Shown here piece after piece: positions 28,345 through 38,195 of a DNA stretch of 42,912 bases. The stretch comes from Marinobacterium sp. GTDB taxonomy: Bacteria; Pseudomonadota; Gammaproteobacteria; Pseudomonadales; Balneatricaceae. The notes under the pieces were generated by a model. That model ran no database searches. It worked only from the letters and a program-made list of their open reading frames with translations, and had not been told where the DNA came from. Made by a program: the position numbers and the translations under genes. The stretch is taken from contig JBFGZM010000001.1 of the NCBI GenBank assembly GCA_041586815.1, forward strand, positions 1-42,912. Reading direction: 5' to 3'. Within the stretch, counting starts at the first letter, position 1; every line of letters begins with the position of its first letter.

Positions 28345-29487
28345 ATGAGCCTGCGTGACTTTCAGCGCACCATGCCCGAATCCGGCCAGCATCTGGCAAA
28401 CAGGCCGGGCTGGTGGTCCTATACGCATCTGGATGCCTGGATGCTGCTGTTTCTGCTGCTGTTGTCCGGTTTTGGCCTTTTTGTGCTCTACAGTGCCTCG
28501 GGGCAGGATGCTGGCTATGTCAGTCGGCAGGCAATCCGCATGGGCGCGGGCCTGTTCGTACTGGTTGTGCTGGCACAGGTGAACCCGCGCCATCTGGCGC
28601 GCTGGGCGCCCTGGATGTTTGCTGCCAGTGTGATGCTGTTGCTGGCGGTGCTGCTGGTGGGGGTCGGAGCAAAAGGCGCTCAGCGCTGGCTGGCGTTGCC
28701 GGGATTCCGCTTCCAGCCATCGGAAATCACCAAGCTGGTGCTGCCACTGATGATTGCCTGGTATCTTTCGAGCCGGCCGTTGCCACCGCGGCCGTGGCAC
28801 ATTATTGTTTCGCTTGTTCTGCTGGGTGTTCCGTCTGTGATGATCATGAAACAGCCGGACCTCGGTACTTCACTGCTGATTGCGGCCTCGGGGATTTTTG
28901 TACTGCTGCTGTCGGGAATACTGTGGCGCTATATCTTTGCGGCCATGCTGGCTGCCGGGGCTGCGCTGCCGGGACTCTGGATGGTGATGAAAGACTATCA
29001 GCGTCAGCGGGTACTCACTTTCATGGACCCCGAAAGTGATCCGCTGGGCAGCGGCTGGAATATTATCCAGTCCAAGACTGCCATCGGCTCGGGCGGCGTC
29101 TGGGGCAAAGGTTATATGGACGGCACTCAGTCGCAGCTGGATTTCCTGCCCGAGTCCCACACCGACTTCATTATTGCGGTTGTTGCTGAAGAACTGGGGC
29201 TCATTGGCGTGCTGATATTGCTGTTCCTGTATCTGCTGATTATTGGTCGAGGCCTGATCATGGCGGCCCGGGCGCCGGACAGCTTTGGTCGTCTGGTGGC
29301 GGGCAGCATTATCCTGACGTTCTTCGTGTATGTTTTTGTAAACATCGGCATGGTCAGCGGACTCCTGCCGGTGGTTGGTGTACCGCTGCCCTTGATCAGT
29401 TATGGCGGTACCTCTATTGTGACGCTGATGGCAGGGTTCGGCATAATGATGTCGGTTCATACCCATCGGCAGATGCTGCGTCGTTAA
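28345..29487 (+). CDS. rodA: Rod shape-determining SEDS protein RodA
   Basis: GAQRWL, FQPSE, KQPDLGT, FLPESHTDFI, PVVGVPLPLISYGG; GGAGG RBS. Confidence 0.96.
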   Translation: MSLRDFQRTMPESGQHLANRPGWWSYTHLDAWMLLFLLLLSGFGLFVLYSASGQDAGYVSRQAIRMGAGLFVLVVLAQVNPRHLARWAPWMFAASVMLLLAVLLVGVGAKGAQRWLALPGFRFQPSEITKLVLPLMIAWYLSSRPLPPRPWHIIVSLVLLGVPSVMIMKQPDLGTSLLIAASGIFVLLLSGILWRYIFAAMLAAGAALPGLWMVMKDYQRQRVLTFMDPESDPLGSGWNIIQSKTAIGSGGVWGKGYMDGTQSQLDFLPESHTDFIIAVVAEELGLIGVLILLFLYLLIIGRGLIMAARAPDSFGRLVAGSIILTFFVYVFVNIGMVSGLLPVVGVPLPLISYGGTSIVTLMAGFGIMMSVHTHRQMLRR

Positions 29488-29500
29488 ACAGGGATTAAGT

Positions 29501-30559
29501 ATGCAAAAAATGTTGGTTCCCGCTTTGGTTACACTGGCGCTGGTATTGCAGACTGGCTGCGCATCAACGGCGGTTGGGCACGTCAGCAAGGACGCAGCCC
29601 CGGAGGAGGTCAAGACGGCTGATGCCGGCAACGGCTATTCGCAGCACCCGGAAGCCGTGGTGCTGATCGATGAAATGGTGGCCGAAGGGGCGGATCGTGC
29701 TTATCTGGTGAGTCTGCTTGATCAGGCGCAGCGGCAGGAGTCGATTCTCAAGGCCATGTCGCGTCCTGCGGAGAAACGCCTGACCTGGGGCGAATACCGC
29801 AAGATATTTATTGAACAGAAACGTATCGACCAGGGCATTCAGTTCTGGCGTGAGCACGCCGATACCCTGGCCCGGGCCGAGCAGCAGTATGGTGTACCGG
29901 CCGAGGTGATCGTTGCCATTATCGGTGTGGAAACCCGCTACGGACGCATTACCGGCAGCTACCGAGTGCTGGACGCCCTGGCGACACTGGGATTTGACTA
30001 CCCCAAGCGCGGTGCTTTCTTTCGCGGCGAGCTGAAAGAGTATGTGCAGCTGGTGAAGGAAGAACAGGTTGACCCGCTGTCTCTCAAGGGTTCCTACGCC
30101 GGTGCCATGGGATATGGCCAGTTCATCCCCTCCAGCTTTCGCGCCTACGCGGTGGATTTCGATGGCGACAACAAGCGTGATATCTGGGGCAACCCGGTGG
30201 ATGCCATTGGCAGTGTGGCCAACTACTTCGCCCGTCATGGCTGGAAGCCGGGTGAGCCTGTCACCAGTAACGTGGTGATCAATGGCACGACGGATGCGAG
30301 CTGGTTCAATGCAGGCCTCAAGCCTGAAGTCACCCTGGCCCAGTGGGCGGATCGGGGTATCAGCACCCGCAAGGATCTCGATTCCGCCCAGACGGCGACC
30401 CTGATGCAGCTTGAAACCACCGAAGGCGACGAGTACCGCTTTGGTCTGCACAATTTCTACGTTATCACCCGTTACAACCACAGCCGGCTCTATGGCATGG
30501 CGGTGCATGAGCTGAGCCAGATGATTGGCGCGGCCTACCGCGGGAGCAAACAGGGGTGA
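29501..30559 (+). CDS. mltB: Lytic murein transglycosylase B (SltB1/MltB family)
   Basis: Lipobox-like LQTGC, IIGVETRYG, GSYAGAMGYGQFIPSS, DFDGD EF-hand, ITRYNHS. Confidence 0.93.
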   Translation: MQKMLVPALVTLALVLQTGCASTAVGHVSKDAAPEEVKTADAGNGYSQHPEAVVLIDEMVAEGADRAYLVSLLDQAQRQESILKAMSRPAEKRLTWGEYRKIFIEQKRIDQGIQFWREHADTLARAEQQYGVPAEVIVAIIGVETRYGRITGSYRVLDALATLGFDYPKRGAFFRGELKEYVQLVKEEQVDPLSLKGSYAGAMGYGQFIPSSFRAYAVDFDGDNKRDIWGNPVDAIGSVANYFARHGWKPGEPVTSNVVINGTTDASWFNAGLKPEVTLAQWADRGISTRKDLDSAQTATLMQLETTEGDEYRFGLHNFYVITRYNHSRLYGMAVHELSQMIGAAYRGSKQG

Positions 30560-31428
30560 CTTTCACATCGCGGCGCGTTTCGCTGGCGCTGATGCTGGCA
30601 CTGCTGACCGGTTGCGCCACCACGGAGATATCGGATGATGAGGGTACCGGTAGCGCTGCACCGCCCGAGGCGAACGCCGGCCGCTACTCGATGAGGCACG
30701 ACAAGGCGCCTCTGGAAATGGTGGATGTATCCAAGGTGCCCGATGCAGTGCCGCGCCTTGAGCCCAAAAGCCTGAGGGGGAACCGCAGTCCCTACGAGGT
30801 GCTGGGGCAGAGTTATCATATTCTTGATAATGCGCTGGGGTACCGGGAGCAGGGAACGGCGTCCTGGTACGGTCGCAAGTTCCATGGCTACGAAACCTCC
30901 AACGGCGAAATCTACGACATGTTCACCATGACGGCGGCGCACAAGTCGTTGCCGTTGCCATCCTATGTCCGGGTTACCAATGTGGATAACGGCCGCCAGG
31001 TCGTGGTGCGGGTCAATGATCGCGGTCCCTTCCATGAAGGGCGGGTGATTGACCTGTCATACGCGGCAGCATCGCGGCTGGATATGCTGGGTGAGGGAAC
31101 GGCCCGCGTCTCACTGGAAGTGCTGGATCCGCGCGCAACCCTGGCATCTGCACCCGCCAGACCGGCGGGTGAGAAAGCCGGCGCTGGCCCCGGACGCTAT
31201 CTGCAATTGGGCGCCTTTTCGGACCGTTCGGCCATCGATCGCATCGAGCAGCGTATCGGGCAGCTGTCCGCCGGTCTGAACCTGCGTGTTTCGCCGGTAA
31301 GCCAAGAAGGCCGCACTCTGTACAGGGTGCAATTGGGGCCGGTACCTGACAGCGAAACCGAAACGCGACTGATGCGCGAACTGGCGGATGCCGGCTACAC
31401 CGCCACCCGCCCGGTGGACTTACCCTGA
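30556..31428 (+). CDS. rlpA: Septal ring lytic transglycosylase RlpA (DPBB + SPOR)
   Basis: Lipobox LTGC, GTASWYG, MTAAHKSLP, VRVNDRGPF, IDLSYAAA, C-terminal LQLGAF...YRVQLGP. Confidence 0.93.
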   Translation: MTFTSRRVSLALMLALLTGCATTEISDDEGTGSAAPPEANAGRYSMRHDKAPLEMVDVSKVPDAVPRLEPKSLRGNRSPYEVLGQSYHILDNALGYREQGTASWYGRKFHGYETSNGEIYDMFTMTAAHKSLPLPSYVRVTNVDNGRQVVVRVNDRGPFHEGRVIDLSYAAASRLDMLGEGTARVSLEVLDPRATLASAPARPAGEKAGAGPGRYLQLGAFSDRSAIDRIEQRIGQLSAGLNLRVSPVSQEGRTLYRVQLGPVPDSETETRLMRELADAGYTATRPVDLP

Positions 31429-31499
31429 TCGCCTGAGTAGAGTAGAACTTTTAGTCTTTGACGACGTCTACCCTGCACCCATTTCCCCGCAGACTGATA

Positions 31500-32729
31500 A
31501 TGAGAATCATGGCTCAACGACCGATATATGCCCGACTATGTGGCTTCTTCCTCTGTTCATTCCTCATGGCCGGCGCCGTTCAGGCCGAAACGCCGACCCT
31601 GAATGCGACGCCCACGCTCAATGCAACCCCGACACTGTCGCCGGCTGAACTGATACCGGCTTCGCCCCAGATTGCGGCGACTTCCTACCTGGTGATGGAT
31701 GCCGAAACCGGCGAAATTCTGCTGTCCGACAAGGAAGACGAGCAGTTCGCTCCCGCCAGTCTGACCAAGATGATGACCAGCTATATCGTCGAGTACGAAC
31801 TGGCCAAGGGCAATATCTCCAAGGATGACCTGGTTCTGATCAGCGAAAAGGCCTGGCGTACCGAAGGCTCGCGGATGTTCGTGCGCGAGGGTACGCAGGT
31901 CAAGCTGATTGATCTGCTGCAGGGCATTATTATCCAGTCCGGCAACGATGCCTCGGTTGCCGTGGCCGAACACATCGCCGGCAGCGAATCGGCCTTTGCC
32001 GACCTGATGAACCAGCACGCCGGTCTGCTGGGAATGAAGAATACCTATTTCCGCAATGCCACCGGATTACCGGCGGACCAGCACCTGTCCACGGCCCGCG
32101 ACCTGGCCATTCTGGCGCGGGCGATCATTCGCCAGTTCCCGGACAACTACCCGATCTATTCCGAGAAGTACTTCACCTACAACGAGATTCGCCAGCCCAA
32201 TCGCAACCGTCTGCTGTGGCGCGATGATTCCGTTGATGGCCTGAAGACCGGGCACACCGAAGAAGCAGGCTATTGTCTGGTTGCCTCGGCCAAGCGCGAT
32301 GACATGCGCCTGATCAGCGTGGTACTGGGTACCCGCAGTGAAGAGGCGCGGGCGCAGGAAACACAGAAACTGCTGGCCTATGCGTTCCGTTACTACCGTA
32401 CCCACAAACTGTATGATGGCGGTACGCCTCTGAATACCGCCACTGTCTGGGGTGGTCAGGGTGGCGAAGTACGCCTGGGCCTGGCTGAATCCCTGGCGGT
32501 TACCGTGCCACGAGGGCAGACCGATCAGCTGGAAGCTGCCCTGGATGTTGATCGAGTGATCGAGGCGCCGGTGGTGCAGGGGCAGGAATATGGTCGTGTG
32601 CGGGTCACGCTCAATGGCGATACCGTACGTGAAGTGCCGCTGGTTGCACTTGAGGATGTGGCCGAAGGCGGCCTGCTCAAGCGCATCTGGCACAGTATTC
32701 TGCTGTTTTTCCTCAGCCTGATCGGCTGA
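31500..32729 (+). CDS. dacA: D-alanyl-D-alanine carboxypeptidase (PBP5/6)
   Basis: PASLTKMM (SxxK), QSGNDA (SxN), GLKTGHT; start may be 31500 or 31509. Confidence 0.92.
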   Translation: MRIMAQRPIYARLCGFFLCSFLMAGAVQAETPTLNATPTLNATPTLSPAELIPASPQIAATSYLVMDAETGEILLSDKEDEQFAPASLTKMMTSYIVEYELAKGNISKDDLVLISEKAWRTEGSRMFVREGTQVKLIDLLQGIIIQSGNDASVAVAEHIAGSESAFADLMNQHAGLLGMKNTYFRNATGLPADQHLSTARDLAILARAIIRQFPDNYPIYSEKYFTYNEIRQPNRNRLLWRDDSVDGLKTGHTEEAGYCLVASAKRDDMRLISVVLGTRSEEARAQETQKLLAYAFRYYRTHKLYDGGTPLNTATVWGGQGGEVRLGLAESLAVTVPRGQTDQLEAALDVDRVIEAPVVQGQEYGRVRVTLNGDTVREVPLVALEDVAEGGLLKRIWHSILLFFLSLIG

Positions 32730-32797
32730 GTCGCAGTGTAAGTACCCACTGACCCCGCCGCCTTCGTCCCGAGGGCGTGCTGAGGAGACGGACGCAG

Positions 32798-33652
32798 ATG
32801 AATATCGTATACCTCAAGGGTCAGTTCATGGCCTCTGAAGAGGCGAAACTGTCGCCCTTTGATCGCGGATTTCTGTTCGGCGACAGTGTCTACGAGGTCG
32901 TGCCCTATTTTCGCGGCATTGGCTTTCGGCTGCAGGAGCATATCGCCCGGCTGGAATACAGCCTGAGGGCGGTGCGCATCCAGGCAGACCTTGACTGGGC
33001 TGCGCTGATGGATGAGCTGGTGGCGCGCAACGGTGGTGGCACCATGTCGGTCTATCTGCAGGTCACCCGCGGTGACGCTGGCAGCCGGAGCCACAGTTAC
33101 GATGCCAGTCTCGAGCCTACGGTATTTGCCTGCTGCGCTCCGGTGCGCAATTTTGTGGCGATACCCGCCGACGACGTGAAAGGTCTCAGTGCCATCGTCA
33201 CGGCGGATCTGCGCTGGCATCGCTGCGATATCAAATCCACCGGTCTGCTACCCAACATTCTGGTGCTGCAGCAGGCGCGGGATCACCAGGCTGATGAAGC
33301 CTTGCTGCTGCGTGATGGCGTGCTGACCGAAGGCACGTCGAGCAATCTTTTTGTGGTGCGCCAGGGCGTGATTTACACCCCCAAGCGCAGCTCTCACATC
33401 CTGGGCGGGATTACCCGGGAACTGATACTGGGCCTGGCGGACGCCAATGGCATGCAGTTTCAGGAAGTGGATATCGACTACGATACCCTTATGAACGCCG
33501 ACGAAGTCTGGATTTCCAGTTCGACCCGAGGCGTGATGCCGGTGACGCAAGTGGATCATCGTCCCATCGGCAGTGGTACCAAGGGGCCCGTCTGGGCTCG
33601 AATGTTTGAATTGTTGGCCCGTTACCAGCAGCAGCTGATGACGGGGGAGTGA
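32798..33652 (+). CDS. Class IV PLP aminotransferase, D-alanine (D-amino acid) transaminase-like
   Basis: DRGFLFGDSVYEV, YLQVTRG, RWHRCDIKSTGLL, EGTSSN, ILGGITR, ADEVWISSS; GAGGAG RBS. Confidence 0.85.
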   Translation: MNIVYLKGQFMASEEAKLSPFDRGFLFGDSVYEVVPYFRGIGFRLQEHIARLEYSLRAVRIQADLDWAALMDELVARNGGGTMSVYLQVTRGDAGSRSHSYDASLEPTVFACCAPVRNFVAIPADDVKGLSAIVTADLRWHRCDIKSTGLLPNILVLQQARDHQADEALLLRDGVLTEGTSSNLFVVRQGVIYTPKRSSHILGGITRELILGLADANGMQFQEVDIDYDTLMNADEVWISSSTRGVMPVTQVDHRPIGSGTKGPVWARMFELLARYQQQLMTGE

Positions 33653-33655
33653 GTG

Positions 33656-33928
33656 ATGAGCGAACAGCAACCCCCCAAAATTGAATTTCCCTGTCCCGAC
33701 TACCCGATCAAGGTGATCGGGGTGAACAGCACCGACTTTCGTGAGTACGTGATTGAAACCGTGCAAATACATGCCCCGGATTTCGATATCACCACCGTCA
33801 CGGTTCAGAACAGCCGCGAAGGGACTTTCCAGTCCGTGCGCTTTTGCATTACCGCCACCGGCGTCGATCAGCTTGAACGGCTGCACCAGGATCTGAAATC
33901 CTCCGGTCGCGTCAAAATGGTCATTTGA
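33656..33928 (+). CDS. ybeD: DUF493/YbeD family protein
   Basis: [15 protein letters not shown]...SREGTFQSV...RVKMVI; dacA-ybeD-lipB synteny. Confidence 0.9.
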   Translation: MSEQQPPKIEFPCPDYPIKVIGVNSTDFREYVIETVQIHAPDFDITTVTVQNSREGTFQSVRFCITATGVDQLERLHQDLKSSGRVKMVI

Positions 33929-34578
33929 TGCTCGAGTCCGACAGTCTGGTTCTGCGTGACCTGGGCCAGGTGCCCTATGCTTCCACCTGGCAGCAGATGC
34001 AGGACTTTACCAACAGCAGGGATGAGCAGACCCCGGATGAAATCTGGCTGCTGGAGCATGACCCCGTATTCACCCAGGGCCAGGCTGGCAAGGCCGAACA
34101 TGTGCTCAATGCCGGTGATATTCCGGTGGTGCAGGCTGACCGTGGTGGTCAGGTGACCTACCACGGCCCCGGTCAGCTGGTGGTTTATCTGCTGTTGAAC
34201 CTGCGGCGCAAAAGCCTCGGCGTACGCGATCTCGTGGACCTGATGGAGCAGAGCGTGGTCGAGCTGCTGGCGGAATATGGTGTCGAGGCCTATCCCAAGC
34301 CTGATGCCCCCGGTGTCTATGTCGAGGATGCCAAGATCTGCTCACTGGGTTTGCGGGTGCGTCGCGGCTGCTCCTTTCATGGCCTGGCGCTGAACCTGGA
34401 CATGGATATGGAACCCTTCCTGCGCATCAATCCCTGTGGCTACGCCGGCATGGCAATGACCCAGCTGGCAAGCCTTGTGCCGGGGCTGGACAGTGCGGCG
34501 GTTGTGCGCCGTATGGGTGATATTTTGATCAACAAAATCGGGTATACTTCGGTGTCCCGCAGAACCAGATTGGATTAG
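33928..34578 (+). CDS. lipB: Octanoyltransferase
   Basis: [44 protein letters not shown]. Confidence 0.96.
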   Translation: MLESDSLVLRDLGQVPYASTWQQMQDFTNSRDEQTPDEIWLLEHDPVFTQGQAGKAEHVLNAGDIPVVQADRGGQVTYHGPGQLVVYLLLNLRRKSLGVRDLVDLMEQSVVELLAEYGVEAYPKPDAPGVYVEDAKICSLGLRVRRGCSFHGLALNLDMDMEPFLRINPCGYAGMAMTQLASLVPGLDSAAVVRRMGDILINKIGYTSVSRRTRLD

Positions 34579-34585
34579 CGATTGT

Positions 34586-35566
34586 ATGGCAAGTTCTGAT
34601 AGCAAAACCGCAGGCGCGCGCGTCGAGCAGGGTGTCAAACTTCGCGGCGCCGAAAAGGTCGCCCGTATCCCGGTGAAAGTCATTCCCACCGAGAAGGACG
34701 AAATGCCACGCAAGCCGGCCTGGCTGCGGGTGCGCATGGGTAACTCGGCTGAAGTACAGCGCATCAAGTCCAAACTGCGCGAGCACAAGCTGTCTTCCGT
34801 CTGTGAAGAAGCGAGCTGCCCGAATATCGGCGAGTGCTTCACCAACGGCACAGCCACCTTCATGATCATGGGGGATATCTGTACCCGTCGCTGCCCGTTC
34901 TGCGACGTGGCCCACGGCCGCCCCAATGCCCTGAACGCTGACGAGCCGCGCGAGCTGGCCACCGCCATCGCGGATCTGGGGCTGCGTTATGTGGTGATCA
35001 CCTCGGTGGACCGTGATGACCTGCGTGACGGTGGTGCCCAGCACATCGCGGACTGTGTGCGCGAGACCCGCGAGCGTCAGCCGTCCATCGAAATTGAAAC
35101 CCTGGTACCGGATTTCCGCGGCCGCATGGATGTTGCGCTGGACATTCTGGGTGCCACGCCGCCTGACGTGTTCAACCACAATATGGAAACCGTGCCGCGT
35201 CTGTACAAGCAGGTGCGTCCGGGTGCGGACTATGAATGGTCCCTGGACCTGCTGGAAGGCTTCAAGCAGCGCCAGCCCGGAATCCGTACCAAGTCCGGCC
35301 TGATGGTCGGTGTGGGCGAAACCAATGAAGAGATCGTCGATGTCATGCGTGACCTGCGGGCCCACAACGTCGACATGATTACCATCGGTCAGTACCTGCA
35401 GCCGAGTCGCAGTCACCTGCCGGTGGACCGCTTCGTCACACCGGAGGAGTTCGACGAGTTTGCCCGTCTGGCGAAGGAAATGGGTTTCTCCCACGTCGCC
35501 TCGGGCCCGCTGGTGCGTTCGTCCTACCACGCCGATCTGCAGGCCAAGGGCGAGAAAGTCGGCTAA
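34586..35566 (+). CDS. lipA: Lipoyl synthase
   Basis: [12 protein letters not shown] and CTRRCPFC clusters, RSSYHA. Confidence 0.97.
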   Translation: MASSDSKTAGARVEQGVKLRGAEKVARIPVKVIPTEKDEMPRKPAWLRVRMGNSAEVQRIKSKLREHKLSSVCEEASCPNIGECFTNGTATFMIMGDICTRRCPFCDVAHGRPNALNADEPRELATAIADLGLRYVVITSVDRDDLRDGGAQHIADCVRETRERQPSIEIETLVPDFRGRMDVALDILGATPPDVFNHNMETVPRLYKQVRPGADYEWSLDLLEGFKQRQPGIRTKSGLMVGVGETNEEIVDVMRDLRAHNVDMITIGQYLQPSRSHLPVDRFVTPEEFDEFARLAKEMGFSHVASGPLVRSSYHADLQAKGEKVG

Positions 35567-35589
35567 CGACCAAAGGTCGCTGTCATATG

Positions 35590-35616
35590 AAAAAGGAGCC
35601 TGTGGGCTCCTTTTTT
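35590..35616. terminator. Bidirectional Rho-independent terminator after lipA
   Basis: aaaaaggagcc-tgtg-ggctcctttttt. Confidence 0.88.
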
Positions 35617-35634
35617 GTGTTTGGTCATGTGGTT

Positions 35635-35776
35635 TTAGACCCTGGTAACCCAGACACCGACATCCAGCGTGGAGCCGGCTGTGCCATGGCAGGAACCGGC
35701 GATCGGCGATCGGCGGTACGGCCCCCGGCAGGCAGGCAACGGCGACTGTGACTTACGATCGCTGCTGACAATCTTG
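35635..35776 (-). pseudogene. Degenerate duplicate of the 3' end of the adjacent transglutaminase-like gene
   Basis: Aligns to 35804-35936; encodes ...PIAGSCHGTAGSTLDVGVWVTRV* versus ...PIAGSYRGTASSTLDVGVWVTKV*; contains a 7-bp (cgatcgg) duplication. Confidence 0.85.
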
Positions 35777-35803
35777 TGTGTTTTGGATATGTGTCGTTTG
35801 CAG

Positions 35804-36655
35804 TTATACCTTGGTAACCCAGACACCGACATCCAGCGTGGAGCTGGCTGTGCCACGGTAGGAGCCGGCGATCGGCGGTACGGCCCCTGGCAGGCGGGCA
35901 ACGGCCACCGCTATATGATCGCTGCCGGCGATCTTGCCGATGGTCGGATCAAACCCCTTCCAACCAGCCCCAGGCAGGTAGACTTCTGCCCAGGCGTGGG
36001 TGGCGCCGTTGCTGTCCGCTGCCAGGATGGCATGCAGGTAGCCGCTGACAAAGCGGGCAGCCAGCCCCAGGTAGCGAGCGGCTTCCATAAAGAGCACCGC
36101 AAAGTCGCGGCAGGAGCCGGTGCCGTATTCCAGCGTCTGGCGGGCGCTCTGTACGCCAGGTTCTTCCCGCACACGGTAGATCAGGGTCTGGTAAATATGC
36201 TCGGCGATGCGCTGTAGCAGGCTATAGGTCTGTATTTCTTCACCGGCCTGCCAGAAGTTGCCGATCCAGGTGCCTAGCAGGGCACAGGTGTGTGCATCGG
36301 GCAGCGTATGGTAGGGCGCCAGCATGGGCTCGTCATTCGGCTGGTAGTTGAACGGATAGCTCAGTGCATAGTCCGACACCAGGAAGTCCAGCGGGGCTTC
36401 GTTGTACTGCTGAATAATGACTTCGCTTTTGACGACCAGCTGGCGCGTGGGCTGGGTAAAATTGGCCAGGGCGACGGAATTGTCTTCGACATCCCGGTGC
36501 CACAGGAGTGTGGCCGCCGGACTGATGTCCAGGGAAAACGACTGGATACGCAGCTCATGGTCTTCCCGTGGCCGCAGCAGCAGCTTGTGTTCGCCCAGAG
36601 CTACCGTGTCGGTAAAGTTGTAGTAGGTGTGATGCACAATCTTGTAGCGTTGCAT
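35804..36655 (-). CDS. Transglutaminase-like protein (Bact_transglu_N-type N-terminus + core)
   Basis: HHTYYNF...LLLRPR...DVEDN N-terminus; triad motifs GSCRDFA, HAWAEVY, FDPT; ARFVSGYL. Confidence 0.9.
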   Translation of the reverse strand: MQRYKIVHHTYYNFTDTVALGEHKLLLRPREDHELRIQSFSLDISPAATLLWHRDVEDNSVALANFTQPTRQLVVKSEVIIQQYNEAPLDFLVSDYALSYPFNYQPNDEPMLAPYHTLPDAHTCALLGTWIGNFWQAGEEIQTYSLLQRIAEHIYQTLIYRVREEPGVQSARQTLEYGTGSCRDFAVLFMEAARYLGLAARFVSGYLHAILAADSNGATHAWAEVYLPGAGWKGFDPTIGKIAGSDHIAVAVARLPGAVPPIAGSYRGTASSTLDVGVWVTKV

Positions 36656-36733
36656 AATGTGATCCCGAATGTCGTGCTCAGAGCGATTAGTGAAGCCCTG
36701 TACTGCAGGTGCCAGGGTATCGAGCCGCGTCAG

Positions 36734-37540
36734 CTATCCGCCTGGATAGCCCTGCTCGTCAATGTACTCCACGCTGACCCGTTGTGCCCTGGGGTAGAGA
36801 GCCGGTCCAAACTGGTTGTAAACCGCAACATCGGCGGCATCCCGGCCATAGCCGATGGCAACGTAGCCGCCGTGAAGCTGGGACTGAGTGGCATCGAAGG
36901 TATACCAGCGATCTGCCACGTAGGCCTCGAACCAGGCGTGCAGGTCCATGGGTTCCAGGTTATGCAGATATCCCACCACCATACGCGCGGGGATGCTCAG
37001 GCTGCGACACAGGGCGATGCCCAGATGGGCCAGGTCGCGGCATACTCCCCAGCCTCTTGCGTTGACCTCAGCGGCCGAAATCTGGATATCGCTGCTTTCG
37101 GGCTGGTAGGCAATGGTATTGCGCAGCCAGGTTTCGATGGCAGCGACCTGATCATAGCCTGGGGTATAGCCCGTGGTGATGCCGTGGGCCATCTGGCTGA
37201 AACGGTCCGATTCGCAGTAACGGCTGGGCAGCAGGTAATAGAGTGCGGACTCGGGCAGGTTCTGGATCTCGACGAAAGGGGCCCCGGGAGCGCGATCGAT
37301 GTGGTCCGAGGTCATCACTTCAGCCGCGGTGTGGATCTCAAAGGCCCCCGGTGGCGCAATAAGGCGTTGGCACAAATTGCCGTAGTTATCGGTGAATTCG
37401 AAAACGGGCAAGCTGGGTACCAGTTTGTACTGCTCGCTGGCAATCCATTGCTGGGCGCCGCTGCGCGGTCGCAGCATCAGCACAAACGGCGTCGGTACGG
37501 CGATGTCGAATGTCAGATCACAACTAGTTTTTAACCACAT
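36734..37540 (-). CDS. Transglutaminase-like protein
   Basis: [45 protein letters not shown]; start ATG 37540 with GGAAAGGA RBS. Confidence 0.9.
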   Translation of the reverse strand: MWLKTSCDLTFDIAVPTPFVLMLRPRSGAQQWIASEQYKLVPSLPVFEFTDNYGNLCQRLIAPPGAFEIHTAAEVMTSDHIDRAPGAPFVEIQNLPESALYYLLPSRYCESDRFSQMAHGITTGYTPGYDQVAAIETWLRNTIAYQPESSDIQISAAEVNARGWGVCRDLAHLGIALCRSLSIPARMVVGYLHNLEPMDLHAWFEAYVADRWYTFDATQSQLHGGYVAIGYGRDAADVAVYNQFGPALYPRAQRVSVEYIDEQGYPGG

Positions 37541-37718
37541 GGTTCCTTTCCTTCGAATTACACTGGATGGCTCACTAGAGAGATACGGCCTCAGACCTGT
37601 TGTACGCTTGTGAACAGATCCCCTCATCGTCAGCAGAGGCTGGTATTTCACTGTACAGGCTTGGCGCCTGAAGTAACGGCTTAATTTGCACGCTAGGGCC
37701 GTGGTGACCCAGGCCTGC

Positions 37719-38156
37719 TCAGCTTTGCAGCAGTTTTTCAAACGTATCGGCGCCAGGCCCCAGCGGCTGACCGTAGCTGAATTCCACATAGTTGCCATTG
37801 GGATCACGCAGGCCGCAATAGTAGCCCACCGGAAAGGGCTCATCCCGCGGAGCCCAGACGAGGCAGCCGGCTTTCTCGGCTTGCTGTGCAATCCTGTCGA
37901 CAGCCTCGCGGCTATGCAGGGCAAAGCCGAAGTGGCGATAGTCATTATCCGGCAGGCTCAGGTCCCTGCCGCCGTCCATCAGCACGAAGATAAAGTCGCG
38001 TTCGCGCCCGGGTTCTGCCATCCAGCTGATGGTCTGTCGGCTGCTGCGGCGCTCATGCACGATGCGCATGCCGCAAAAGTTCTGGTAGAAGGCAACACAG
38101 GCGGCCATGTCCGAGACATGGAGGGCGAGGTGGGTAATGCGGGCTGTAGTGGACAT
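37719..38156 (-). CDS. VOC/glyoxalase-family protein
   Basis: [11 protein letters not shown]...[24 protein letters not shown]; AGGAG RBS before ATG 38156. Confidence 0.88.
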   Translation of the reverse strand: MSTTARITHLALHVSDMAACVAFYQNFCGMRIVHERRSSRQTISWMAEPGRERDFIFVLMDGGRDLSLPDNDYRHFGFALHSREAVDRIAQQAEKAGCLVWAPRDEPFPVGYYCGLRDPNGNYVEFSYGQPLGPGADTFEKLLQS

Positions 38157-38195
38157 CCGGGAGCTCCTGTTCAAATCCGCTGTCAGGTGAACTAG

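Noticed and set aside
35635-35936. Repeat pair at a gene 3' end resembling a diversity-generating retroelement VR/TR
   Set aside because: Differences are not confined to adenines, indels are present, and no reverse transcriptase is in the window
36700-36720. TGGCAC on the minus strand upstream of the 35804..36655 transglutaminase gene as a sigma54 promoter
   Set aside because: The -12 position reads GTACA rather than TTGCW
37541-37945. N-terminal extension of the 403-aa transglutaminase ORF
   Set aside because: Overlaps the VOC gene in another frame; a good RBS and a family-like N-terminus support a start at 37540
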